From the NCBI GenBank assembly GCA_902634185.1, contig CACPJC010000003.1, forward strand, positions 32,369 to 96,368: DNA of 64,000 nucleotides, written 5' to 3'. The position numbers and the translations under genes are program-made. The notes under the pieces are model-generated. The model was not told where the DNA came from. It saw only the letters and a program-made list of their open reading frames with translations, and ran no database searches. The DNA is from an uncultured Candidatus Actinomarina sp. (GTDB taxonomy: Bacteria > Actinomycetota > Acidimicrobiia > Actinomarinales > Actinomarinaceae). This document shows positions 7,979 to 18,089 of the stretch, piece by piece; the first letter of the stretch is position 1; each line of letters starts with the position of its first letter.

Positions 7979-9365
7979 GGGCAGCGTTTAATCTTATCTC
8001 ATCTAAGAATATTTCATTAAACAATTTGCCGTTTTCATATCTTTTTTTTAACAAATTATTTTGAATTTCTTTATCTTCTGAAATAATCTTAATTTTTTGA
8101 TTCTTCATTATTGCAAAACGCCCTCCTCTAGAATTTTTTGATTTGTCTGTTATCGGTTTTTTGTAAACATCTCTCCACGCCACACCGTCATGTAATGCAG
8201 AAACTTTCATGGCAAATGAAAAAGTATCTCTATCGACTTTTTGCAACAATGAACCTCCCATACCGAAAGTAATGTTATTTGCTGAATACTTGTTCTTCTG
8301 CATTGATAAAAGAATTTCATTAATAACATCTTTGTCTACTCCATCACCTTGAATGACTCTTATGTAATCAGGTAGCTCTTTATACCCTTTATCATTCCAT
8401 AAAAATCCAAAGTTTTTTTCATTTGATAATATATCTAATAACTTAATAATCGTTTCAGGTAAATCTCCTGAGTCTGGCCTAACTACAAGCCTTCCACCAG
8501 AGTTAATAATTTTTGATTTGAGTTCATTAGAGATAATATTTGTTGCTGTATCAAAAGTATTGTATGAATCAATAACCGAAGCAGCAACTTTACCATCTTC
8601 TTTCAAGAAAATATCAATAACATTTTCATGAGCTTCTAATTCATTTTCTTCTCCCCAGGAAGTAATTGTTGAATGTTCCGAGGCAGGAATTGAGTAAGAT
8701 ATGTCTTCTCCCGAATAATAATCTCTTAAAAATATTGCTCCCTCAACAGTATCAGAGCCAAGAAAATTTATAAGGTGTGCTGCTCCTCCAATTTGTGATG
8801 ATTCTAAACTAGATACTCCTCTTGCGCCAAAATCATGAAGCTTAAATGGTAAATCTTCTTCATACTTAGTTGAAGTTATAGATAAATAATGATTTATTAT
8901 TTTTTTTATTTCTCTCGAAATTGTCGATACAGTAGTTGGATACCAAATAGACCTTAAAAGAGCTGTTTCAATATATGAAACAAGCCATGGAACTTTAATA
9001 TCAGTATTCACTATCTGAACTAGTGGAATAGGGTTATCAACTATACTTCCTTCATCAATTGATTGAATTTCTAGCGGAAGAAATCCATTATGCTGATTTA
9101 AAATGTACTCCCAGTCTTGACGATTAAATATCCCTATATGATCCATATAAAATTTTTCTGCTTCATTAATATCTTCCATGGTTATAGGATTTAACAGATA
9201 CTTCTTAATAAAGGCTTGGAGGCCAAAAAATACAAGTTCTTGATTATTTAAATCCCTTGCTTCAATATATGCTGATAATTTCTGAGTACTTTTTGGGTAT
9301 TGTTTAAAATGTGAAACTTTATAAGAATCTACATCAAGTATAAAATTATATTTTTTTGTGTTCAT
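7971..9365 (-). CDS. nadV: Nicotinamide phosphoribosyltransferase (NAMPT/NadV family)
   Basis: 464 aa. N-terminal VDSYKVSH motif and HDFGARG block. Its 3' end overlaps korB by 8 nt (convergent). Confidence 0.85.
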   Translation of the reverse strand: MNTKKYNFILDVDSYKVSHFKQYPKSTQKLSAYIEARDLNNQELVFFGLQAFIKKYLLNPITMEDINEAEKFYMDHIGIFNRQDWEYILNQHNGFLPLEIQSIDEGSIVDNPIPLVQIVNTDIKVPWLVSYIETALLRSIWYPTTVSTISREIKKIINHYLSITSTKYEEDLPFKLHDFGARGVSSLESSQIGGAAHLINFLGSDTVEGAIFLRDYYSGEDISYSIPASEHSTITSWGEENELEAHENVIDIFLKEDGKVAASVIDSYNTFDTATNIISNELKSKIINSGGRLVVRPDSGDLPETIIKLLDILSNEKNFGFLWNDKGYKELPDYIRVIQGDGVDKDVINEILLSMQKNKYSANNITFGMGGSLLQKVDRDTFSFAMKVSALHDGVAWRDVYKKPITDKSKNSRGGRFAIMKNQKIKIISEDKEIQNNLLKKRYENGKLFNEIFLDEIRLNAALS

Positions 9366-9437
9366 GCATAAGCTACTTTTTGATTTTTACCGTATGTTTA
9401 ATTATATTTTTTTAGAATAACAATATGGCATATACTA

Positions 9438-10097
9438 ATGGAATCTAATATTTATAAAATCCGGTATGCTTTGATTGCAGAATTTTTAGGTACATTTGTT
9501 TTAGTTTTTATTGGGTGTGGTTCTATTATCCTTTCAGAAATAATGGAATTCAATAAAATATTTATTCCTATATCTTTTGGAGGATCAATTGCATTTATGG
9601 TTTATATATTAGGTAAATATTCGGGGGCACATTTTAATCCAGGTGTAACAATAGGATTTTTGATTGATAAAAAAATTAAATTAACTGACGCTTTTTTATA
9701 TATTTCAATACAGTTGTTTGGAGCCTTAATTGCATCATACATTCACTTATTAATGTTTGGCTATAACAACTCATTGGGTTTAACTGTTAAAAATACTTCT
9801 GATTTAAATGCTTACTTGTTAGAAATCTTCTTTACATTCTTACTGATGACCGTAATATTTCTTGTTACAAAAAAACAAAACTATTATGATGGAATAGCAA
9901 TTGGTGGGATTGTTGCAATAAGTGCATTCTTGATTGGAGATCTTACTGGTGGTTCATTAAATCCAGCACGTAGTCTTGGACCAATGATTGTAAAAGGAAA
10001 TTTTTTAAGTTTAGATTTATATATACTTGGACCAATAGTTGGAGCATCCTTAGCTTCCCTTATTAAAAAATTTATTGAGCAACTAATCAAAAACTAA
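9438..10097 (+). CDS. MIP-family channel (aquaporin/aquaglyceroporin-like)
   Basis: 219 aa, 6 TM. First signature reads HFNPGVT (NPG instead of NPA). Second reads SLNPARSLGP. Confidence 0.85.
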   Translation: MESNIYKIRYALIAEFLGTFVLVFIGCGSIILSEIMEFNKIFIPISFGGSIAFMVYILGKYSGAHFNPGVTIGFLIDKKIKLTDAFLYISIQLFGALIASYIHLLMFGYNNSLGLTVKNTSDLNAYLLEIFFTFLLMTVIFLVTKKQNYYDGIAIGGIVAISAFLIGDLTGGSLNPARSLGPMIVKGNFLSLDLYILGPIVGASLASLIKKFIEQLIKN

Positions 10098-10099
10098 TA

Positions 10100-10894
10100 T
10101 TAGGTAGTTAATCTATCTTTGATTTCTTCCTTTTGAAAATTTTGATTTTTTAATATGATTCTTTTTACTTCTTCAGATTTTGTTGCCAGACAAACTACAT
10201 CTTCTTTAATTAAATCAATTTCATTGCCTTCTAAGTCACTTATTGTTCCTCCAATCTCTTTAAGGATTGGTTCATAAGGTAACCTATCATGAGGAAATGG
10301 TGCATAGAAAACTATTGCATCAAAATCTGAAAATCCAAGGGAAATGATATCTTTACAAAATTGTTGTTTAGTAATGTGGGTATGTAATTTAGAAAAATCA
10401 AAATTAGAAATTGATTTTTCAACATTTATATTTTTTTCTATCATTACTGAAATTTTCTTTGATGAAGAAATATCTAAAGTATGATCAAACGTCGCTCTAA
10501 TTAATTTATTTTTCATTACGGCAACATAGATATCTTGAATTGGACAGATTACAATTCCTGTGTCCAAAATAGTATTTTCGTATGAGGCAATTAAAGTCCC
10601 CCATTCTGGCCTTCTCTGAGAAAAAGCGGTTGTTCCATCAATTGGGTCTATAATCCAAACTCTTGAACTATTTCCTTTTGTAAAACCCAACTCTTCACCA
10701 AATATTGAGTCCTCTGGAAAATAATTGCTTAAAATTTCTCTTATATTCTTTTCAACTAATATATCTACATCTGTAACAATAGAACCATCATCTTTAATGC
10801 GAATATTATATGGTTTGTAAAAGCCATTGAGTGAGGTTTCATTTACCTTTTTTACTAATTCATCAACAAAATTATCAAATTTAAAACTGTACAT
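10100..10894 (-). CDS. Inositol monophosphatase family phosphatase (SuhB/HisN/CysQ-like)
   Basis: 264 aa. GEE metal site FGEELG and WIIDPIDGTTAF motif. Confidence 0.8.
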   Translation of the reverse strand: MYSFKFDNFVDELVKKVNETSLNGFYKPYNIRIKDDGSIVTDVDILVEKNIREILSNYFPEDSIFGEELGFTKGNSSRVWIIDPIDGTTAFSQRRPEWGTLIASYENTILDTGIVICPIQDIYVAVMKNKLIRATFDHTLDISSSKKISVMIEKNINVEKSISNFDFSKLHTHITKQQFCKDIISLGFSDFDAIVFYAPFPHDRLPYEPILKEIGGTISDLEGNEIDLIKEDVVCLATKSEEVKRIILKNQNFQKEEIKDRLTT

Positions 10895-10954
10895 AAATTA
10901 ATTCTAAAGTCAAAACCAAGTGAAAAAGTAAAATAAAGAATGCAAAAAGTAAAT

Positions 10955-11836
10955 TTATCTTAAACTTAGTATAAATCCATCCCTAATTCCTAATGGTGAG
11001 ATCTTAATTCTTTCTAAACTTAAAATCTCCAAGATAACATAAATAACATATATTCCTGAATATAAAACTTCTGCTCTATATTTATTAATGTACCCCAGAT
11101 TAATTAATTCATCTAAAGACATCATTTCAATTTTGTTTAAAGAATGAATAATATTTTCACGATTTAATTCATAAAGATATTCTCTATCTAGATTATTTCC
11201 ATTTGTAAAAACCTGGTATAAATTTCTTGCAGAACCTCCACAAAAAATAACATTATTTTTAAAGTACGTACTTTCTAAATTGGCAAATTGTTTTTCTATA
11301 AATTTTTTTGTACTCTTTTTTTCATCTTCAAAGTAAGGAGGGCCTCCAATTATATTTCTAATATCTGACGTACCAAATTTAAAACTTTTCACATTGTAAG
11401 CATTATTATTTCTTACGGTAAATTCAGTACTTCCACCACCAATATCGATAACAAGTTTTTCAGAATCATCGATTAATCTGTGAACAGCTTTATACGAAAA
11501 GGTACCTTCTTGTTCAGGTGTTAAAATTTTGCCATAAAGATTCAATTCAGATTTTAAATCATTAAAGGCATTTAATCCATTTTCAGCTCTTCTAAAAGGA
11601 CTTGTACCTAATATATTCCACTCGATAGACTGGTTAAATTTCTTATTTAAAAGATCAAGAACAGCTTTTAACTCTCTTGATAATTTTGTTATCTTCTTTT
11701 CTCTTAACAATCCATGCTTTGTAATTTCACGTCCAAGCAAAGGCCATAATTTGTCAGAAAATATTAATTCCTCATTCTCATAAATAGCAAACCTTGCTGA
11801 GTTCCCACCAATATCAATTACTCCATCAATAATAAT
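10955..11836 (-). CDS. ppx: Exopolyphosphatase (Ppx/GppA family); start extended to an ATT codon
   Basis: ASKHA phosphate-1 motif DIGGNSARF lies upstream of the first TTG/ATG. Phosphate-2 motif is DIGGGSTEF. An in-frame TAA sits at 11839..11837. SD AAGGA precedes ATT-ATT-ATT (11836..11828). Confidence 0.8.
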   Translation of the reverse strand: MIIDGVIDIGGNSARFAIYENEELIFSDKLWPLLGREITKHGLLREKKITKLSRELKAVLDLLNKKFNQSIEWNILGTSPFRRAENGLNAFNDLKSELNLYGKILTPEQEGTFSYKAVHRLIDDSEKLVIDIGGGSTEFTVRNNNAYNVKSFKFGTSDIRNIIGGPPYFEDEKKSTKKFIEKQFANLESTYFKNNVIFCGGSARNLYQVFTNGNNLDREYLYELNRENIIHSLNKIEMMSLDELINLGYINKYRAEVLYSGIYVIYVILEILSLERIKISPLGIRDGFILSLR

Positions 11837-11844
11837 TTATCCTT

Positions 11845-12315
11845 TTAAATTTTAAATAGCTTTGCAGATTTTAATTTTCCTTTTTTTATTTTTATCCACC
11901 AATACCCAGCTTTTGGAACCTCAAAATTTTTAACTTCTTTTTTGCTTAATTTATTTTTATTTAAATATTTTGACAAATCGTACATTGTATCTCCATGAGT
12001 TGAAAGGATTACAGTTTTTATCTTCTGCTCAAGTGCAAACTTTAGGGAGGATTCAAACGAACCGTTTTCATTGAGTGAATCTAAAATGTTAATTGGTTGA
12101 GAAGAGTTTTGACTTAATACTCCTACTGTTTCAGTGCATCTAGTTTTAGGAGAAGAAAAAATTAATAATGGAGCAACATCTTTAAATTTTTGTCCAATTT
12201 TATTTGCTTGAAGATTTCCCTTAGCACTTAGCGGTCTTAGAGAATCGTCACCAAACCATCTTTCCCTTTTCCCGGCATGTGCGTGTCTTATAAATATTAT
12301 ATTTTCTAATTCCAT
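11845..12315 (-). CDS. Histidine phosphatase superfamily protein (SixA-like)
   Basis: 156 aa. The N-terminal IFIRHAHAG matches the RHG catalytic motif, and STHGD lies near the C-terminus. Confidence 0.75.
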   Translation of the reverse strand: MELENIIFIRHAHAGKRERWFGDDSLRPLSAKGNLQANKIGQKFKDVAPLLIFSSPKTRCTETVGVLSQNSSQPINILDSLNENGSFESSLKFALEQKIKTVILSTHGDTMYDLSKYLNKNKLSKKEVKNFEVPKAGYWWIKIKKGKLKSAKLFKI

Positions 12316-12316
12316 A

Positions 12317-14293
12317 TTATTTGTTTAACTTCTCTTGGATATTGTAGTTTCCATCTAATTTTTTCCATGTTCCATCATTTTTTAACGTCCATGAATACTT
12401 GTCAGACTTTATATATTTTTCTAAGAGACTACTGAGTTTCTTTTTTATTATCGGGCTTTTTATAGGTACTAATACTTCAATTCTATGTCTTAAGTTTCTT
12501 TGCATTAAATCTGCAGACCCTATATATATTTTTTCTATATCTGATTTTCCAAATTTATATATTCTTGAGTGTTCTAAAAAAGGACCAAGTATAGAAATAA
12601 CATTTATATTTTTAATTGGTATGAGACAACAAATTCCCCTTACTATAATATTTATCTGATTACCTGCATTAGCCGCATCATATAATTTTTGTATGATTAA
12701 TGGATCAGTAAGATTATTCAATTTTAAAACAATTTTTCCTTCTTCTCCTAAATCTATTTGTTCTTCAATTAATGAGTTAATATTTTTCTCTAAAGACTCA
12801 GGGGCTACTAGCAACTCATCAAGATTTTCTCTATCAGCATAAGCAGTTAACGAATTAAAAACTATTCCACAATCATTACCAATACTTTTATCAGATGTGA
12901 AAATGCCAATATCCTCATATCCCTTTGATGTTAAAACATTGTAATTACCTGTTCCAAAGTGCATATATGGTACTAATTCATTATTTTCTTCACGAACAAC
13001 TAAAATCATTTTGGTATGAGCTTTATATCTTGGATCTCCATACGTAACATGAACACCTGATTCTTCTAAGTATTCAGCATTCGAGATGTTTTGCTCTTCA
13101 TCGAACCGTGCTCTCAATTCAACTAAAACAGCAACTTGTTTACCTCCTCTCGCTGCACTTGCTAATAGGGATGTTATCTTATCGTTTTCAGCAGTTAAAC
13201 CAGTTCTATATTGTGTCATTTTTATGGCACGTACATATGGATCAAAACATGCTTTTTCTAAAAATCGCAAAACTGTTTTCTCAAATGAATCATAAGGATG
13301 ATGTACCATCACATCATTATTTTTAATAATTTCAAACATATCATTGCTAAATTCAAATTCAGTCTCATGTAATTTCCAACTTGTAGAAAATTCGATATGG
13401 TCTATCAAAGAATTAATTTGAAATCTAGTAAGTGGGTCCTTTAATTCTACTTGAAGGTCATAATCTATTTCTAAATTATTTTTTAAGTATTTTTGAGTTG
13501 TTACTGAAACTCCCTCTTGGATTTCTAATCTTACAATTTTTCCTAATTTTCTATTTTCTAATCCCTCTTTTACAACTTCCAGAAAATTTCGCTTTAAACT
13601 TGCTCTAAATTCTAAATCTGCATCACGAGTTGTTCTAAACCAAAACTTTTCAATAACTGTGTGTGGAAAAAACAGTTTATCAATATAGTGAAGAACCAAT
13701 TCATGTATCCATACAAGTTGTTCCTTATTTAAATTTAAAAATGAACCTAAACTTGCTGGGATTTTTATACGTATAAATTGATTATCTTCAAATTCGTTTT
13801 TGATGACTACGCCGATAGACAATGATAAATCAGAAATGTATGGAAATGGATGTGTAGGGTCTGCAGCCAAGGGAGTAAGGAGGGGTTTTATATTGTTATC
13901 AAAATAATCTTCTAAGATATCAAGCTCAGATTCAGTGAGGTCTTTCATCCTCTTAAAATTTACACCATGCTTTTCTAGATCTTTTACAAAATATTCTTTC
14001 CAAACTGTGTTTCTATTTATCATCTCCTTTTTAGCTTCTTCAAGAATATCTTTAAAATATACAAATGTTTCTTTCGAAATTGAAACATCCAGCTTTTGAT
14101 TAATAGTCTCGTAAACTTTTTCAAGCAATCCAGAAATTCGAATCTGAAAAAACTCATCTAAATTAGAATGTGTTATACCGAATAAAAATAAACGATCCTT
14201 GAAAGGAACACTGCTATCTTTTGATAAAGTTAATACTCTTTTGTTGAACTCTAACCAGGATGATTCACGATCAAGAAGATCTATATCTGTCAT
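12317..14293 (-). CDS. ppk1: Polyphosphate kinase 1
   Basis: 658 aa. N-terminal RESSWLEFNKRVL motif typical of PPK1, plus two PLD-like C-terminal domains. Confidence 0.93.
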   Translation of the reverse strand: MTDIDLLDRESSWLEFNKRVLTLSKDSSVPFKDRLFLFGITHSNLDEFFQIRISGLLEKVYETINQKLDVSISKETFVYFKDILEEAKKEMINRNTVWKEYFVKDLEKHGVNFKRMKDLTESELDILEDYFDNNIKPLLTPLAADPTHPFPYISDLSLSIGVVIKNEFEDNQFIRIKIPASLGSFLNLNKEQLVWIHELVLHYIDKLFFPHTVIEKFWFRTTRDADLEFRASLKRNFLEVVKEGLENRKLGKIVRLEIQEGVSVTTQKYLKNNLEIDYDLQVELKDPLTRFQINSLIDHIEFSTSWKLHETEFEFSNDMFEIIKNNDVMVHHPYDSFEKTVLRFLEKACFDPYVRAIKMTQYRTGLTAENDKITSLLASAARGGKQVAVLVELRARFDEEQNISNAEYLEESGVHVTYGDPRYKAHTKMILVVREENNELVPYMHFGTGNYNVLTSKGYEDIGIFTSDKSIGNDCGIVFNSLTAYADRENLDELLVAPESLEKNINSLIEEQIDLGEEGKIVLKLNNLTDPLIIQKLYDAANAGNQINIIVRGICCLIPIKNINVISILGPFLEHSRIYKFGKSDIEKIYIGSADLMQRNLRHRIEVLVPIKSPIIKKKLSSLLEKYIKSDKYSWTLKNDGTWKKLDGNYNIQEKLNK

Positions 14294-14985
14294 ACATTTT
14301 GTTTAAATTTAATTGAAAAAGTAGTGCCCTCACCTAGCAAACTGTCTAGTTCAATTGTCCCGTTATTCCTATCAACTGCATGTTTTACTATTGAAAGACC
14401 GATTCCTGTTCCACCTAAGTTTCTAGACCTGCCTTTATCAATTCTATAGAATCGTTCAAAGATTCTTTCTTGATCTTGTTGAGAGATTCCCTTACCTTTA
14501 TCTATTACTTTGAATAAAACATCTTCATCATCCTTCTTCAAATGAACTTCAATAGGAGTGTCTGGGTCAGAATAAGTAACTGCGTTACGTAATATATTTC
14601 GAACGATTAATGCAAAATCTTCTTGGTCAACATTTATATGAATATTTTCAATGTTTGCATTAAGTCTGGCTTGATCGTTTTCTTTTAAGTATGAAATTTC
14701 CATATTTACTATATTTTCAAGATCAGCAATTTCTAAATTTGGTTCATTTTGCTCAATTTTAGATAAATCAAGTAAATCACTGATAAGGAGTGACATTCGT
14801 TCACTGTTTCTAAGAATTTGTTTAATAAACTTTAATCCATCCTCTGTATTTCCATCATTTATAGCATTTAATGCTGTCTCTGCTGCTAGTTGGATAGACG
14901 TTATCGGAGTTTTCAACTCATGAGATGCATTTGCAACAAAATCTTCTCTTATTTTTTCAATATTTTGTTCTTGATTTTCATTCAT
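14290..14985 (-). CDS. senX3: Histidine kinase, DHp+CA core only (SenX3/PhoR-like, no TM or PAS)
   Basis: 231 aa. H-box NASHELKTP begins at residue ~19. N, G1 (DKGKGI) and G2 (GGTGIGLS) boxes present. Overlaps regX3 by 8 nt. Confidence 0.85.
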   Translation of the reverse strand: MNENQEQNIEKIREDFVANASHELKTPITSIQLAAETALNAINDGNTEDGLKFIKQILRNSERMSLLISDLLDLSKIEQNEPNLEIADLENIVNMEISYLKENDQARLNANIENIHINVDQEDFALIVRNILRNAVTYSDPDTPIEVHLKKDDEDVLFKVIDKGKGISQQDQERIFERFYRIDKGRSRNLGGTGIGLSIVKHAVDRNNGTIELDSLLGEGTTFSIKFKQNV

Positions 14986-15670
14986 CTTCTACAAGTTTAT
15001 ATCCTACTCCTCTAACAGTTATTAATTTTTTAGGATCTTTTGGATTTTTCTCAATTTTTTCGCGAATTCTTTGTATATGTACATCAAGTGTTTTTGAATT
15101 ACCTATAAACGTATATCCCCATATTTCATCAAATATTTGTTCTCTAGACATTAAATTACCTTTATTCTCACAGAGAGCATAAAGAAGTTCAAATTCTCGA
15201 GGTCTCAAATTAATTTGTTTATCATTAACTTTTGCTTCATATTTACCAATGTCTATCTCAATATTTCCAACTTTTATTGCCTGTGATGATTTTTCATTCT
15301 TAGACATATCTGTCCTTCGTAGCACTGCCCTGACTCTGCTTAATAATTCTCTTACAGAAAATGGCTTTATAACATAATCGTCAGCACCGATTTCAAGTCC
15401 AGCAACTCTATCAGCTTCACTATCTTTAGCAGTAACCATAATTATTGGTATATCTGATGTTTTACGAATCGATCTACATATATCTAAACCAGAAATTTCT
15501 GGAAGCATCAAATCAAGAATAATTAAACTAAACTCTTCTTCCTGGAATAGCTCTAACGCAATAGGTCCTTCATCAACATGAGTTACAGAAAAACCCTCTT
15601 GTTTTAAGTTGTATGATATTGAGTCAGCAATACTATGCTCATCCTCTACTAAAAGGACTTTTTGCTTCAT
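14978..15670 (-). CDS. regX3: OmpR/PhoB-family response regulator
   Basis: 230 aa. Receiver domain (LVEDE...ILDLMLP...KP) plus winged helix (TVRGVGYKL). Confidence 0.92.
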   Translation of the reverse strand: MKQKVLLVEDEHSIADSISYNLKQEGFSVTHVDEGPIALELFQEEEFSLIILDLMLPEISGLDICRSIRKTSDIPIIMVTAKDSEADRVAGLEIGADDYVIKPFSVRELLSRVRAVLRRTDMSKNEKSSQAIKVGNIEIDIGKYEAKVNDKQINLRPREFELLYALCENKGNLMSREQIFDEIWGYTFIGNSKTLDVHIQRIREKIEKNPKDPKKLITVRGVGYKLVEDE

Positions 15671-16311
15671 TAAAATTCTTTAAACTCTCCGGTAACCAAA
15701 AAGTGTGTGAGCTCACAAATATCAACTGCATGATCTCCACCCCTTTCTAGTGTTCGCATACAGGTAACAAGTCTAAATAATCCATTATACAAATCTTCAT
15801 TGCCAGCAATTTTTGGGGCTTCTTCTAGCATTGAGTTGTATAATCTATTTACTTGACTATCTTTTTCTGACGTTACTAGAGCTAAGTCTTTATCTCTGGT
15901 TTTTAAGCTTTCCATAGCTGATGATGCCATGTCAATTACTATATCTCCCATTTCAACAACTGTTGCATGGATAGACTCTGGTACAGGTGAATCAAAAATC
16001 TCTTTCGTCGTTTTTCCAAGATAGACAGCTAAATCACCAAGACGCTCTAAATGTAAACTGGCTTGTAAAATAGATGTAGAAAGTCTTAAGTCAGTGGCAA
16101 CAAGTTGCTCAGTGGCCATAAGTTCAATCCAGTCCTCATCAATCTTTAGGTAAGATTTATCAATTTCATCATCTTTTTCTATTGTTTCTATAGCTCTATT
16201 GACATCTTTATCCTCTAAAGCTCTTACGCCATCTACTAAAGAATCTAGTACAAGTCTTGCCATTAAATGTAAATCTGTCTCAAGATTGTCAATCTTGTCT
16301 TGTAAACTCAT
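15670..16311 (-). CDS. phoU: Phosphate signalling protein PhoU
   Basis: 213 aa two-repeat PhoU fold with ERLGDLA and ERGGDHA motifs. Confidence 0.92.
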   Translation of the reverse strand: MSLQDKIDNLETDLHLMARLVLDSLVDGVRALEDKDVNRAIETIEKDDEIDKSYLKIDEDWIELMATEQLVATDLRLSTSILQASLHLERLGDLAVYLGKTTKEIFDSPVPESIHATVVEMGDIVIDMASSAMESLKTRDKDLALVTSEKDSQVNRLYNSMLEEAPKIAGNEDLYNGLFRLVTCMRTLERGGDHAVDICELTHFLVTGEFKEF

Positions 16312-17123
16312 CCAAACCTTCCAGATATATATTGTTCAGTTAATTCCTCATCAGGATTTGTAAACATGGTATTCGTTTCATTGAACTCAACTAATTCTCC
16401 AGTTCTTCTTTTGCCATCATCGGAGGTTTTAGTTGTAAAAAATGCACAATAATCAGAGGCTCTTGAGGCTTGCTGCATATTGTGCGTAACAATAAGAATT
16501 GAAAACTCTTTCACTAACTCTTGCATAAGGTCTTCTATTTTTTTTGTTGCTACAGGGTCTAATGCAGAGCAAGGCTCGTCCATTAAAATTGTATCTGGCT
16601 CAACTGCAATTGTTCTAGCAATACACAATCTTTGTTGCTGACCACCTGATAGCTCTAATGCATTTTTGTTTAAATCATCTTTTACTTCATCCCATAACGC
16701 TGCTTGAGTTAATGCCCTCTCTACTCTTTCATCCATATTGTCAGTCATGTTGTTGACTTTAAGCCCAAAGGTAATATTTTCTTTGATAGTTTTTGGGAAA
16801 GGATTTGGTTTTTGAAAAACCATTCCGATTCTTCTTCTCACTTGCACTGGATCAACCATTTTGTCGTATAAATCAACACCTTGATAATTTATTGTTCCAT
16901 TAACTTTTGCACCCAATATAAGATCATTCATTCTATTAAATGTTCTTATCAAAGTACTCTTTCCACAACCAGATGGGCCAATAAAAGCTGTAATTTTATT
17001 TTTAGAGATATCCATATTTACATTTTTGATAGCTACGAATTCTCCGTAGCTTACGGAGACATCTTTTACATTGAATACATTTTCATTGTTTACTTGAACT
17101 GTTTCTTTAGTTTCCATTCTCAT
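16308..17123 (-). CDS. pstB: Phosphate ABC transporter ATPase
   Basis: Walker [10 protein letters not shown], signature LSGGQQQR, Walker B ILMDEP. Confidence 0.96.
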   Translation of the reverse strand: MRMETKETVQVNNENVFNVKDVSVSYGEFVAIKNVNMDISKNKITAFIGPSGCGKSTLIRTFNRMNDLILGAKVNGTINYQGVDLYDKMVDPVQVRRRIGMVFQKPNPFPKTIKENITFGLKVNNMTDNMDERVERALTQAALWDEVKDDLNKNALELSGGQQQRLCIARTIAVEPDTILMDEPCSALDPVATKKIEDLMQELVKEFSILIVTHNMQQASRASDYCAFFTTKTSDDGKRRTGELVEFNETNTMFTNPDEELTEQYISGRFG

Positions 17124-17141
17124 TCTCCTTTATGATTTTCA

Positions 17142-18089
17142 CTAAAAATCTTTCTCATATCTGTTTCTTATAAATATTGCTATTGAATTCATTAATAATA
17201 ATAAACCTAGAAGTAAAATGATTCCAGCGGAAGCTGTCTCCTTCCACTCAGCTTGAGGATAACCAACCCAGTTATAAACTTGAATTGGAATAGCGGTAAA
17301 CCCACTTAAAGGAGTGTCTGGAAAATAATTAACATAAGTCAATGCACCCATAAAAATTAATGGTGCGGTCTCTCCAATTGCTCTTGAGAGCCCAAGGACC
17401 ATTCCAGTAACCATTCCTGGTATTGCAGAGGGAACAACCTGCCTAAAAACTGCTTGAAATTTAGTGGAACCTAGCGCCAATGCACCCTGGCGTATTGTAT
17501 CTGGAACAGCTTTAAGAGCCTCCCTAGATGCTACGATTACAACTGGAAGAATTAATAACGTTAATGTTAAACCTCCTGAAAGTACTGACCTTCCAAATCC
17601 AGCTAAACGAACAAAAACAGCTAATCCTAGTAAACCATAAATAACTGATGGAACTCCAGCCAAGTTTGTTAGATTTAATTCAATAAATCTTGTAAGCCTA
17701 TTTTTTGGAGCAAATTCTTGAAGATATATTGCTGCTCCTGCACCAAAAGGAAATGTTGCAGAAATAACTATTATCATTAACCATAATGTTCCAGCAAAAG
17801 CAGGTCCAATACCAGCTCTATCTGGATATCTTGAGTCTAAAGTTGTTAAAAAATCTCTCGGGTTATCAATTTGTATTTTTGTAATGAGGCCAACCTCGTA
17901 GTCTGATGTCAATCTTGTAGTCCCAGTAGAAAGAACATCATAGATTAAGGTCATCAAAGTTAAAATAGCAATCGTTACACAAATATAAAGAGTGAACAGA
18001 AACAAACTCTCCTTTATTGCATTTTCAGCTTTCTTGCCGGTTATAATTGTTTCGTTACTCATATTCTTTTCTGTACTTTCTAGCGACAT
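17142..18089 (-). CDS. pstA: Phosphate ABC transporter permease PstA
   Basis: 315 aa. EAA-type loop RQGALALGSTKFQ. The start may be an internal Met. Confidence 0.9.
   Translation of the reverse strand: MSLESTEKNMSNETIITGKKAENAIKESLFLFTLYICVTIAILTLMTLIYDVLSTGTTRLTSDYEVGLITKIQIDNPRDFLTTLDSRYPDRAGIGPAFAGTLWLMIIVISATFPFGAGAAIYLQEFAPKNRLTRFIELNLTNLAGVPSVIYGLLGLAVFVRLAGFGRSVLSGGLTLTLLILPVVIVASREALKAVPDTIRQGALALGSTKFQAVFRQVVPSAIPGMVTGMVLGLSRAIGETAPLIFMGALTYVNYFPDTPLSGFTAIPIQVYNWVGYPQAEWKETASAGIILLLGLLLLMNSIAIFIRNRYEKDF

Noticed and set aside
12399-13326. Plus-strand ORFs inside ppk1 (12399..12659, 13086..13295, 13108..13326)
   Set aside because: They are antisense shadows within a conserved 658-aa PPK1 and carry no start signals.
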